34,550 bases of DNA from Candidatus Hydrogenedentota bacterium (GTDB taxonomy: Bacteria > Hydrogenedentota > Hydrogenedentia > Hydrogenedentales > GCA-2746185), in the NCBI GenBank assembly GCA_046583315.1, contig JAYGCN010000008.1, positions 1 through 34,550 of the forward strand, given 5' to 3'. A model generated the notes under the pieces. It saw only the letters and a program-made list of their open reading frames with translations, did not search any database and had not been told where the DNA came from. Shown here in pieces: positions 7,948 through 17,922 of this stretch. The translations under genes and the position numbers were made by a program. Each line of letters opens with the position of its first letter. Position 1 is the first letter of the stretch.

Positions 7948-10900
7948 TAATCCCGTTTCCAAAATAGACCGATTCCGCCCTGGGAATTGCCGCCCACGGA
8001 AGTCTGGAGTTTCAGGGTAGGGAGTAATTCTATTTCCACTCGAGCCCTGCTGCTTTCAGCACCAGCACCTTGTTCTATCTCCAGAAATACTCCGTCGGCA
8101 AGATATTTCCCAACGCCGACAACAGGTGCCTCTTCACCCATTTTAACGTCAAATGTATCAATCCCTTTGATACGTGATGGGCCTGAGAAAAATGGAAGAC
8201 CTTTCGCGGAACCAGAGAAGAGTGCTGCTGCACGGGCCAATTGCAGGGCTTGAACGGGGGTGATTTGGGTGACCGTTCGTCCGAAGAGCAGCAAAGAAAG
8301 TATTTCATCCATGGGCATAACTGGATCAGATGTCAATTCCATCGTCATTTCCTGCTCCGATCCCCTAAGCGTGATCCGCGCTGTGATGCCTTCACGCGTG
8401 GCACTTGCGGCAATGTTGAAGTAGGGCATAGGTGGAGAGGTGTCCTTGTCAAAAATGACCGCGCTTTCGTCGATCGTAAAACGACGACCTAGAATCGCGA
8501 TGTAGCCCTGCACAATTTGCAATTCGCCTTGGAGTGTAGGCGCCAGAGTCGTGCCTCCTATACTAAATAGACCTTGCCACTCGGTACGCATGTCTGTCGC
8601 GAGGACAAATGCCCTCCCGGGGATAGTGATTGAAATGTTCAACCGAATGGGGTTTGATTGCGATTCAACGAACTCAGGCTGAAACGAATTCACGATATTC
8701 CCCTTGCGTTCTAGAACCGCAAGTTCGACCACCGTAGCACTTTCGTCGGGTCTAAGGATTATGGTTGTGGGCCCGAGACGTAAATCGCCGACAATCTCCA
8801 TGTCGTCCAGATCGCCCGCGATCCCGATTGAACCGTCAACACTTGACGTTATGTTATCCTGATAAACGACACTCATGTTGGTCACTTCCGTATGGAAATG
8901 GAATGGGAATTGCTCATCGGGTTGTAGCTGTAGCTCACCCTTGGCCGTCAGAGTGCCACCGGCATCATCGGTGGCCGTCGCATTTACGATTTCCAGCGTA
9001 TTGCCGTCTGCGACGAGCTCAATTGAAATATTTTCGATTACGCTCCCCATATCCGCATGCTCGAATTTTCCATTTCTTATTATGGTCTTCCCTTTTAGTT
9101 GGGGATGCTCGGTCGACCCATAGATATCGAAATTGCCCTCGATTTGTCCGGTGAGTTGACTTCCGTCCCAATTCAGTAAAGCAGGAAGCGAATCGATATC
9201 GGCATTGTAGTGAATAGAACCGCTCCAGTCTTCTGTTGTAGACTCTTCCACTTTCAATGGGGACAACGAAATTCTTGCCGGAACACTTAGCTGCATTCTG
9301 GCTGTATTTTTCGCGGAGGCATCAACAGTTGAATTGATAGTGAGCGTGTCATTGTACAGAGATATTTCGGAAGATGCGAAGACTGATGGCAAGTTCGATT
9401 GATGCATCATGTCTTGGGTCCTGAAGTCGCTTATTCGAATGCTCATTTCACCGTGCGGAGCTTCAGGGGTTCCAGAAAGATCGATCATTCCATCCATGGT
9501 TCCTTGCGCGATCGGAATTCCAAACAATTCCAGAATAGAGAGCGGGATTGATTCCCATTTAGAATGTACGTTCAGAAGGTTCTCCGACCATATACCCCCG
9601 GTGTCAATGGTTCCATCGGCCAACTGCAACTGTGTGGAATTTAGCACAAACTGTTGCTCATCGACTGAGATAACTGTTGCACCCACGAGTCGAAACGCGT
9701 ACTGGTCGATATTTCCCTGGAAGCGTTCAATGTCGATTCGCATCTCTTCTGAATGCAGCTTCGCGTGCGCCGAAGCACTCCAAGGAATATCGGAATTCAG
9801 TTTCCCGGCCAACTCCAATTCAATGTCCGAAACACCTCCGGCCAAGTTCCCCGAAAACTCATACTCCTGCACTGTGATCTGATCCAATGCCATCTCGGAC
9901 CCCGAAACAAGCAAGCGTCCGTGGGGAGATGTCAGGACATCCTCTACTCGCCATGAAACCGTGAGAGAATCAGTGCTCAACACAGACGTAGAGAAATCAT
10001 GTAAGCTGAACAGACCACCAAACGACTCTGTACCACCGAGCCCGTCAAATTCTACCTTTCCGTCGATGGAACCTTGCAGGGGCATCCCGATAAAGGGTTG
10101 AAGTGATGAGAGGTCAGGCATCAGGGCATCAAGGCTCACTCGTCCCCTCGAGTCTGCGTAGACAATCTCGGCATTCCCTTCGATGACATTGTTTCGATTG
10201 GTGATTGAAAATTTCGGTACCACGATCTTGTCTCTGTCGAAGTGAAATGAATTTTCTGCTTCAACGATTTCGCCCGAATGCGTAATGGATACGTGAGTGA
10301 AGCCTTCTCCTTTTGAGGATTCCCCATTGACGTCTATCCGGATCTGTGCTGTTTCGATTTCTTTTTCATTAAATCGAACATCTCCTGCATTCACATTGAG
10401 ACGAGCTTCGAATTGCTCGCCCGTTGAGTCAACGGAAATTTCCGCCGTCGCGTAACCGGCTAATACCCTGCTATTCTCGGAGTTCAACACGCCCAAGTCG
10501 GGTATGGTGATATCGCCATGTAGGGTGCCGTCACGAGATTGCGTGTGATAACGTCCGGTGCCGGTGAGTTGAGCAAATTGTCCTTCCAGATCTGCTGAAT
10601 TAATCGTGAACACATCGTCGAGAAATGTACCTTGCACATCTGCCCGTACACGTCGTCCCGCCAATTCGGACAATCCACGGGGTAACCCATCAGGTTCATC
10701 CAATTGCATATTTAAAACCCCATGCCAGGATCCGGCTTCAGATATGAGCTGCAGTGCGGCTTCGAATCCACCACTTATCCCGCCATCGAATAGGGACGTC
10801 ACGGCAGCGATATCATTACTGCGCGCCTCGACATGCACGGCCGTTTCCCTTGAGGGAAAGTTCACATCTGCATTTCCAGATGCATGGGTATTTTGGTCGT

Positions 10901-12674
10901 CGAGCGAAAATTTATCAACAATCAGCCGTTCCCTGTTGGGAATTGACCCGTCGGCTACAAAATCAATACGCGGCTGAGTCTGTCCGTTGATTTGAATCGA
11001 TTCGCTCGATCCCTCGAGATGTAGAGAGACCGGAGTCTCAAAAGCGTCCGTCCAATCCTTACCTTGTGCCTCTATCAGCAATTCAATGCTGGAGACCCGA
11101 ACGTCAGCCACTTCGAAATCGTGTATGGCAACATGAGTCGTGTTGCGGAAATCCGACGTTGTTCCATGCATTTCAGCGCTCAGCGTCGCTCGGCCACCTA
11201 AATCGATTCCGAGAAATTCATTCAGGCGATCCAGGTTATTGATTGAGGCATTCACGGTTCCGTCGATGGTCTTCTCCTTCCAAGTGGAAGAGCCTGTTCC
11301 ACCGAACTTGGCCCAGGTCGTCGAAAGCTCAAACTCCCGGACGACAATGTTGTCTGTTTCCTGGTCATAATTGAGGTCGAGAGACATTTCGATGTCGTCT
11401 GAAAAAAATGCCTGAAACTCTTCCGACCATAAACGGCTATTCGCCAAAGCTTTGAATTTCCCTTGGATCGCGAATGGCGAAGACGTGTGTATAACAGCAT
11501 CACCCTCCATAACCTTTTCCCCGTCGCTCCAGGCAGTGATGCTGCTATGCACTTCCTCAATTTCCCCGCGAACCTCTATCTCGAATTTGGCCGGGCTGGC
11601 CTGATCGACTTCGAACTTATCCGAAAGTCTGGAAAGTTGAAAATGTGTAAACATCACATCTCCGTTGACGAATTTTTCTTCAATGTTGAACGATCCTGAG
11701 ACGTTCAGCTCCGAAGTGCTACCTAATAGTGAGAGTGATCCTGAAGGCTTGCTTGCAAATTGCGTAAGATCGACCATTGCGTCAAGGGATATCTCTGAAC
11801 CCAGCAGATCGGAAACGAATGATGGAAAACTTTCGCTTGTAAGACTTATGGCGTCAATGCTCCTCACTCTTAAGGCACTGTCTTCTTCGTATTCGATGAC
11901 AACCACGCCGATCTTCTCATCACCGATAGAGAAACCAAGCTCACCTGCCCAAGAAGCCATTAGTCCTGCCCCAGTCATTTGAATCGAAATGGGATCAGAA
12001 ATATTCAGACGTTCTGGCAGATAAATATCGTCGTGAAGTGAGGCATTCAAAACAAGTGACTGGCCCTGTTTCTCAGCGAAGAATGCTACATTGACGCCAG
12101 GCTCCTGCAGGTCATGGGCATGTATGGACAACGTGATCTCGCTGTTCAAGTGCGTATTAATTAACCTTCCTGAAACCGTCAACGAAGTAGACCGGCCAAA
12201 GACCTCTTCGTCGATATTGATTTGATCTATGGCGAATTTTTGGATCGTTAACCACGCGGGCATCTCCGGGATGCTCGAGGCTGTTTCAGCATTTTCTTTG
12301 GTCGCCCTTCTTTGAGGTAAAGCGCTCAAATTCATGCTGTCTGCTCTCAGCAACGCGAACGTCACTCGACCGAAGATCATCTCGGAAGGGGACAACTGCC
12401 ATGAAAGATCTCGTATGCTCAACCATTGACCTTGAAGGTCCTCGATTTCTACGCGATCAATGCTCATTGCGAACGGCACAAATCCGGAGATGGCGCCCAC
12501 ATGAATCGTTTCGGCACTCAATCCGCTGAGTTGCTTGGATAAAAGACCCGAAAGGAAACGTTTCCCATAGGGCATCTGAAGAAATAATGATAGCACCAGA
12601 AGCAGAACGACAACGAAGGCCATGAGCTTGAGTGCTCGCTTGAACCATTTCATGAGGTATAATCTCTTTGACAT
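7944..12674 (-). CDS. tamB: Translocation/assembly module protein TamB (DUF490)
   Basis: N-terminal membrane anchor and long beta-rich body. C-terminus LTSDPVMPMDEILSLLLFGR..QITPVQALQLA...VGKYLADGVFLEIEQG...WKRDY. Directly downstream of tamA. Start is 12674 or 12653. Confidence 0.9.
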   Translation of the reverse strand: MSKRLYLMKWFKRALKLMAFVVVLLLVLSLFLQMPYGKRFLSGLLSKQLSGLSAETIHVGAISGFVPFAMSIDRVEIEDLQGQWLSIRDLSWQLSPSEMIFGRVTFALLRADSMNLSALPQRRATKENAETASSIPEMPAWLTIQKFAIDQINIDEEVFGRSTSLTVSGRLINTHLNSEITLSIHAHDLQEPGVNVAFFAEKQGQSLVLNASLHDDIYLPERLNISDPISIQMTGAGLMASWAGELGFSIGDEKIGVVVIEYEEDSALRVRSIDAISLTSESFPSFVSDLLGSEISLDAMVDLTQFASKPSGSLSLLGSTSELNVSGSFNIEEKFVNGDVMFTHFQLSRLSDKFEVDQASPAKFEIEVRGEIEEVHSSITAWSDGEKVMEGDAVIHTSSPFAIQGKFKALANSRLWSEEFQAFFSDDIEMSLDLNYDQETDNIVVREFELSTTWAKFGGTGSSTWKEKTIDGTVNASINNLDRLNEFLGIDLGGRATLSAEMHGTTSDFRNTTHVAIHDFEVADVRVSSIELLIEAQGKDWTDAFETPVSLHLEGSSESIQINGQTQPRIDFVADGSIPNRERLIVDKFSLDDQNTHASGNADVNFPSRETAVHVEARSNDIAAVTSLFDGGISGGFEAALQLISEAGSWHGVLNMQLDEPDGLPRGLSELAGRRVRADVQGTFLDDVFTINSADLEGQFAQLTGTGRYHTQSRDGTLHGDITIPDLGVLNSENSRVLAGYATAEISVDSTGEQFEARLNVNAGDVRFNEKEIETAQIRIDVNGESSKGEGFTHVSITHSGEIVEAENSFHFDRDKIVVPKFSITNRNNVIEGNAEIVYADSRGRVSLDALMPDLSSLQPFIGMPLQGSIDGKVEFDGLGGTESFGGLFSLHDFSTSVLSTDSLTVSWRVEDVLTSPHGRLLVSGSEMALDQITVQEYEFSGNLAGGVSDIELELAGKLNSDIPWSASAHAKLHSEEMRIDIERFQGNIDQYAFRLVGATVISVDEQQFVLNSTQLQLADGTIDTGGIWSENLLNVHSKWESIPLSILELFGIPIAQGTMDGMIDLSGTPEAPHGEMSIRISDFRTQDMMHQSNLPSVFASSEISLYNDTLTINSTVDASAKNTARMQLSVPARISLSPLKVEESTTEDWSGSIHYNADIDSLPALLNWDGSQLTGQIEGNFDIYGSTEHPQLKGKTIIRNGKFEHADMGSVIENISIELVADGNTLEIVNATATDDAGGTLTAKGELQLQPDEQFPFHFHTEVTNMSVVYQDNITSSVDGSIGIAGDLDDMEIVGDLRLGPTTIILRPDESATVVELAVLERKGNIVNSFQPEFVESQSNPIRLNISITIPGRAFVLATDMRTEWQGLFSIGGTTLAPTLQGELQIVQGYIAILGRRFTIDESAVIFDKDTSPPMPYFNIAASATREGITARITLRGSEQEMTMELTSDPVMPMDEILSLLLFGRTVTQITPVQALQLARAAALFSGSAKGLPFFSGPSRIKGIDTFDVKMGEEAPVVGVGKYLADGVFLEIEQGAGAESSRARVEIELLPTLKLQTSVGGNSQGGIGLFWKRDY

Positions 12675-12678
12675 ATTG

Positions 12679-14487
12679 CTAAAACGCCTGGCCGATACTA
12701 AGATACAGTTGGAACGATTCGTCGATTCCATCGCGACGGTCAAGGGGAAGCGCTACATCCAATCGCAAAGGGCCGATCGGACTGAAATACCGAAGACCGA
12801 GGCCTGCCCCGAAGAGCAACTCTTCATCGAAATCGGGTAGCGAAGACTCGAACGCCGAACCACCGTCCACAAACGCCACGATTCCAAGATGTTCACTCAT
12901 TCGGTATCGAATCTCGACCGCGCTTTCGATCTTGCTGCCGCCCCCCGTTGGCTCGTCGCCCAGGAGCGGTCCTACTGTCTGGAAAGTGTACCCCCGAATG
13001 GATCCCCCGCCACCTGCATAGAATCGCTCGTCAGCAGGAACTCCTTTAACGGACTCGCCAACAATAGCCCCGAGCATTAAGCGTGTCGCGATGACGAATT
13101 TTCCGTCGTTGGTGAGCGGGAAATAGTATTTCGCCGTAATACTGGATTTCAAGAATGAAGTATCTTGATCAATAGGATCGACGAAAGGCTCAGCGCGACC
13201 CCCTACCTTAAATCCAGATGTCGGATCGAGAGGACTGTCCGAACGGTCCCAGAGCAGTTCCCCTGGGAGCGAGACCAATGTGAATGAGTCAGTTTCGTCG
13301 AATTGCTCTACCTTACTTATTTTTAGGGCAATTCCGAGACTTCCCGTGAGGTCCTCTTGCAGCGGGCGATCGATCAAGGCGCTGACCCGACCATAGTCCT
13401 GTGAAAATGCCTCTGGTCTGTAACGTCCCCCTTCAATACCGAGTCGTAGTGTCTGATCCCTGCGGCGAAAATTGCGAATCCGATACTCACTTTCCCCCTG
13501 TAGACGTGTTTCACCAAATCGCGCCTCAAGCGTTAAGCGATGTCCCAATCCCCTCAAATTTCGATGCTCCCACCCAACCCCTGTGCCGATACCTTCGTCG
13601 GTGAAATACTCGACTCCGGACCAGATCGTCTTTTTGTCCCGTTCGGTCAACTCTATGGTGATGGAAAGCATTTCCGAGTCAATCAGGCTTTCCGCGGGAC
13701 GAAGACGAACCACCGAAAACAAACCAGTCTCATACAATCGCTTGCGAAGACGCTCCAGTAGACTTTCCTTGTATTGATCTCCGCGCTTCCAGGGAACCTC
13801 TGCAAAAACTACTTCTTCTTGCACCTCCTCAAGTCCCGCCACCTGAACCATACCGAAGCGAGTCAAAGGTCCTGCCTTAAGGTGGTAGGTCACGTCCATT
13901 GTGAATGTTGAATGATCGACAATCACATCGCGACTTAGTGCCTTCGCAAATCGATACCCCTCTTCGCGTAGATGCCTCAATAACGCTTCTTCCGCATCGA
14001 CGACCTTTTGAGCCTTGGCGAGCTCTCCAGAAATTAGAAACTTCGAAGAAACGTTCATTAATGTTGCTGCGAAAATTTCAGGCTTGTCTTCAAAATCGAT
14101 CACGATTGAAGCAAATCGATATTGGGCACCGGGATCGATCATAAAATGGAGAATCGTGGTTTCACCATCGTCTTCCAGTGTAAAAGAGATCATCGCGGCG
14201 TAGAACCCTTCGGCCTTGAGACCCTTCATGAAGGTAACCTCATCTCGCTCAGCACGTCTCCGGAGTTGAATCAGGCTTCGAGACCGCGTGTCTTGTTGTC
14301 GAACAGAATCCGAAAGCGACCTCAAACGTGCTTCAAGTTTTCCATCTTCCATACCTGAAAACTGAACCCGATACTCAATTCCGGTCTCCTGGGCGGATAA
14401 CGTAAACGCGATGCCTATGATCACTGTAATTCGTATGAAGTCATTCAATATTGTGGTATCCGTATCGATCACGTTTGCAATGCACAT
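12679..14487 (-). CDS. tamA: Omp85-family autotransporter assembly protein TamA
   Basis: POTRA-like repeats (EGFYAA, EEGYRFA, RLYETGLFSVV), ERFYAGGGGSIRGY loop-6 motif, GAGLGLRYFSPIGPLRLDVA and terminal YLSIGQAF. Start uncertain. Confidence 0.92.
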   Translation of the reverse strand: MCIANVIDTDTTILNDFIRITVIIGIAFTLSAQETGIEYRVQFSGMEDGKLEARLRSLSDSVRQQDTRSRSLIQLRRRAERDEVTFMKGLKAEGFYAAMISFTLEDDGETTILHFMIDPGAQYRFASIVIDFEDKPEIFAATLMNVSSKFLISGELAKAQKVVDAEEALLRHLREEGYRFAKALSRDVIVDHSTFTMDVTYHLKAGPLTRFGMVQVAGLEEVQEEVVFAEVPWKRGDQYKESLLERLRKRLYETGLFSVVRLRPAESLIDSEMLSITIELTERDKKTIWSGVEYFTDEGIGTGVGWEHRNLRGLGHRLTLEARFGETRLQGESEYRIRNFRRRDQTLRLGIEGGRYRPEAFSQDYGRVSALIDRPLQEDLTGSLGIALKISKVEQFDETDSFTLVSLPGELLWDRSDSPLDPTSGFKVGGRAEPFVDPIDQDTSFLKSSITAKYYFPLTNDGKFVIATRLMLGAIVGESVKGVPADERFYAGGGGSIRGYTFQTVGPLLGDEPTGGGSKIESAVEIRYRMSEHLGIVAFVDGGSAFESSLPDFDEELLFGAGLGLRYFSPIGPLRLDVALPLDRRDGIDESFQLYLSIGQAF

Positions 14488-14623
14488 TACGGAACATGGG
14501 GAAAGATGTCCCTACCGTGGTCTAACCCCGTGAATGGTACCAGTTGTTAAGCCAGTATAGCGTCAGGCTTATTAATTGTGAAGTTTCTTGTATGGAACTA
14601 TGTTTCCAGACATGGTGGGGCCA

Positions 14624-14651
14624 GCGTCAAGAGAATGATTAAGGCTATATA
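14624..14651 (+). repeat. 28-bp direct repeat, copy 2 (GCGTCAAGAGAATGATTAAGGCTATATA)
   Basis: Matches 7125-7152 with one mismatch. Confidence 0.9.
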
Positions 14652-14915
14652 GCCCCAACTTTTGAAAAATTCAGAAATCCTGTGTGTCCATATGTGTATC
14701 GCTGTGGAATGGTTGAAGTCCCCGGGTACCCCCCTTCGATCCTGAGATAATAAATCCCTTTTCGTTTCAAATACCTTACCGGAGAATCCCCCGAAACGTA
14801 TAATTATACGCAATGGGCCGAAACAGCTACTATTTGATGCAATACTTGCAATCAACACGGAACCTCTAGTACGCTGGAATCAAAGTACTTAGGTTATTAT
14901 AAGTAGCGCAAAAAA

Positions 14916-14964
14916 CTGCCTGTCACGCAGGAGGTCGCCGGTTCGAGTCCGGTCGTCCCCGCCA
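14916..14964 (+). mobile_element. 3' half of tRNA-Asp(GTC), probable duplicated att core at an island boundary
   Basis: CTGC-CTGTCAC-GCAG anticodon arm (GTC at 14922-14924), GCCGG-TTCGAGT-CCGGT T-arm and CGTCCCCGCCA end. The upstream sequence has no acceptor 5' strand or D-arm. Confidence 0.8.
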
Positions 14965-15147
14965 CTTTTTCTTACTTCAGGGTAGCTTGTCCTGTAACGC
15001 GCCCAGTTGTTTTCCTTGTCGCACGCGCGAAAACTATTCTGTAGATCTCGGCGATGAGAAAAATCTGGAACTGGGCAATAAAGCACCAAACTAGCTTGAA
15101 AACAAACGTGCCCGTGTTTACAATAACCCGATTCGCCGATACTGTCC

Positions 15148-17751
15148 GTGGGCTTACCCGATCATAACCCTGAAGGACGACCTCACGTGTTATTGTTCAA
15201 CAGACCTACGGATCCGGTCACCGGGTCTCGCACACGGGAGATGGGTATAGTTCTCCTTCTCTTGTTAGGAACGGTAAGCATGTTCCTGGTCACGTTCCCC
15301 GAGTTCTTTTTTGATACCGACAGCGTGCGCGTGGCGGGAACAGGAGACATGCACTGGTACTACGCCCCGATGCAGTTTTACCTCGACACTCACGTCGGCA
15401 ACGGTGATTTCCCACTGTGGAACTCCGGCACCTACTCTGGGATGCCACTTGCCGCGCACCCACTCGCGATGGCGTTCTACCCACCGAACCTGTTGCGGTC
15501 TATACTGATCGACGCTCAGACACCTGTTGAAACCTTCATGTCACTCCATGCCCTTACTCTGTTTCACGTGATCTTGCTTTCACTTGGGATGTACGGGCTC
15601 GCCCGACAGGAATCACTTCGGCGCTCCACCAGCTTGGTCATATCTTTTTCCAGCGCGTTTTCGAGCATCGTCGTTGAGAGCATGTCATCCAATCCCAGTT
15701 TTTTGTATACAACCGCTTGGGCACCTGCAATACTCTGCTGCCTGGCGAAGGCAACGAACTCCATCGACCGTCGCCGGCAGGGATGGCTATTGGTAGCTGG
15801 GCTCCTTTATGGTCACCAGATTTTGGCCGGCCTTCCGCAGATCATTCTCTACTCCACATTGATGTATATACTTTATGTGTTGCTCAGTGTCAGGCGTACT
15901 CCGGATGACGTTCAAACCGTACGATTCTACGGTTCTTGGGTCACCAGGATCGCTCTATTTGGAATCGTCGGCGCACTGTTGGGCTCCGCGCTCATGCTCC
16001 CTGCGTCCGAATATCTCGGGCTCAGTGCAAGAGCACCTGGAAATTTCCAGAAATTCGAAGAGTTTGATAAACTGACGAACATCCAATACTCGGGTTATGT
16101 GTCACACTTCGTTAAGTTGTTCTTCAAAACTCCGGGCTTAGATTCGGCACGGGAGACAGGCGCAGCACTCAATCACATGCTTTTCACACCGACCGTAGGA
16201 GTGCTCATTGCAGTGTGCGCGGTGGCATTGTCGGGTATATCACGTCGTATTGCGATCTATCTACTGCTACTTTACCTTCTGCTTGATCTAAATATCGGTG
16301 AACCCTTTCCTATTTCGTCTGCATTGGGATATATCTCGTCCATGACAAGCTCTTCGTTTTATGGGGCCACGCTGTTGGTGATTCCGTTCGGAATTCTGGC
16401 CGGGCTTGGAATCGAAAAGGCCACCTCACTTGATTCCAGTCATCGTCACAACAGACTGGTCCTCGCGACTCTCATAGGTATAAGCGTGTTCTTCATCGCG
16501 ATACTGCCTGAGCCGAACGCGGTACGGGATTCATGGTCAATCAAATGGATGCTGATTCCAGCTTGTGTGCTAATCTGCGTAACACTCTTGCACAGACATC
16601 GTATTTTTCACTACGCGATCCTGTCCCTCCTGCTCGTCGAATCCATTGCCTGCGGAATCGTTACGGCTGACATAAACTTCGAGTTTTTGGCGTTCAAGGA
16701 AAAATTTGCAGACCTGAACGCGAAACCCGAATCGACGCTCGATTCGGGCCGGACGATGTGGGCGAATGACAAGAATCGTCATCTATGGCACGGCCGACGA
16801 GCGATAAGTGGATACGATCCACTCCCCTTGGATGCTACCTCACGGATTCTCGCCAATCCCGGCGAAGAAAAACATTTCTCGCGTGTGAGGACTATGTCTA
16901 GAAATGTCAGCGTAGCAAGCGTTCTAAAGCGCCCTTTTTGGCTCGCTGCCAATTATGTCAACGGCGATCTGCCGGAGAAGACTCGACTTTTCCCTCCAGC
17001 CCATGTCGTGTTCCTGACAGACGACGTCGCTCTCTCGTTACCGCGACTCGAGCTCGAGGACATTCCTGAAACAACCATCTTCGAACCTAAGGTTATTCAA
17101 GAATTCGATTTCGCCGCCGGAACGAATTTCGTTACGCTGCCAGAAGTGCAAGTGAAAAAGCGAACTTGTGCGGTACGCCTAATATACTCCAGCCCCGAAC
17201 CCGTTTTCCTTTCGATAATGTACATTGGAAGAAAAACCGGTGAGAGGATGTCCTTCAAAGATCTACTGTTGCCAATATCCGTGGGCAATTCATCATCTAT
17301 AGAGTTGCCCGCACCTAATTTTTCCCAGATGGACGTTCGAATCGGACTACTTGGTGAGGATGGTAAACTGGGGGGCACTATATGGCGTGTCGAGATTCTG
17401 GAGGATCAGGCCGACGAAATCGAGCATCTTGAAGTGGTGCGGGATTCGCCCGACGACGTGATCATCAATTTAGCGAATATCGGCGGACCCAGAGCACTCG
17501 TGTTTACCGACGCTGCATACCCTGGCTGGAGAGCCACCATTGACGGTGAACCCGTCTCCATCCTGCAGGCTCACGGTGCATTCAAGGCTGTGATCGTGCC
17601 TACGGGAGACCATAAAATCCGATTCGAATTTCGGCCGTGGCGCGTTTACGTTGGTATTGGCATATCGCTTGTTACACTGCTCTCCGTGATTGCTGCGATG
17701 CTCTGGTGTTTCAGCACACGATCGCACATTGAAGATTCCGTGTCATCCTAA
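15148..17751 (+). CDS. YfhO-family polytopic membrane protein (GT-C-type glycosyltransferase)
   Basis: GDMHWYYAP...GDFPLWN....GMPLAA.P....FYPPNLL N-terminus and many TM segments. C-terminus LVFTDAAYPGWRATIDG...AFKAVIVPTGDHKIRFEFRP plus a final TM. Start may be ATG 15241. Confidence 0.85.
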   Translation: MGLPDHNPEGRPHVLLFNRPTDPVTGSRTREMGIVLLLLLGTVSMFLVTFPEFFFDTDSVRVAGTGDMHWYYAPMQFYLDTHVGNGDFPLWNSGTYSGMPLAAHPLAMAFYPPNLLRSILIDAQTPVETFMSLHALTLFHVILLSLGMYGLARQESLRRSTSLVISFSSAFSSIVVESMSSNPSFLYTTAWAPAILCCLAKATNSIDRRRQGWLLVAGLLYGHQILAGLPQIILYSTLMYILYVLLSVRRTPDDVQTVRFYGSWVTRIALFGIVGALLGSALMLPASEYLGLSARAPGNFQKFEEFDKLTNIQYSGYVSHFVKLFFKTPGLDSARETGAALNHMLFTPTVGVLIAVCAVALSGISRRIAIYLLLLYLLLDLNIGEPFPISSALGYISSMTSSSFYGATLLVIPFGILAGLGIEKATSLDSSHRHNRLVLATLIGISVFFIAILPEPNAVRDSWSIKWMLIPACVLICVTLLHRHRIFHYAILSLLLVESIACGIVTADINFEFLAFKEKFADLNAKPESTLDSGRTMWANDKNRHLWHGRRAISGYDPLPLDATSRILANPGEEKHFSRVRTMSRNVSVASVLKRPFWLAANYVNGDLPEKTRLFPPAHVVFLTDDVALSLPRLELEDIPETTIFEPKVIQEFDFAAGTNFVTLPEVQVKKRTCAVRLIYSSPEPVFLSIMYIGRKTGERMSFKDLLLPISVGNSSSIELPAPNFSQMDVRIGLLGEDGKLGGTIWRVEILEDQADEIEHLEVVRDSPDDVIINLANIGGPRALVFTDAAYPGWRATIDGEPVSILQAHGAFKAVIVPTGDHKIRFEFRPWRVYVGIGISLVTLLSVIAAMLWCFSTRSHIEDSVSS

Positions 17752-17922
17752 ACACCATGACATCCTCGCTTCATGCGCGGAAACGTAGATAGCTTATTTG
17801 TACAGCGACCACGGATATGAGATACTAGATCTGTACGTCGGGTAAGGCAGTTTGCTCGATCCGATCTGATTCTCCTGTCAACGAAAAAATCATGAAGCCT
17901 ACTTAGAGAGAGCGATGCTCGC

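Noticed and set aside
7987..14358. Many short plus-strand ORFs across tamB/tamA
   Set aside because: Antisense shadows without RBS or recognisable domains.
14886..14905. Chromosomal dif site
   Set aside because: Has dyad symmetry but lacks the 11-6-11 layout and the TTATGTTAAA XerD arm.
14889..14964. Complete tRNA-Asp gene
   Set aside because: No 5' acceptor strand complementary to the 3' end and no D-arm; treated as an att fragment.
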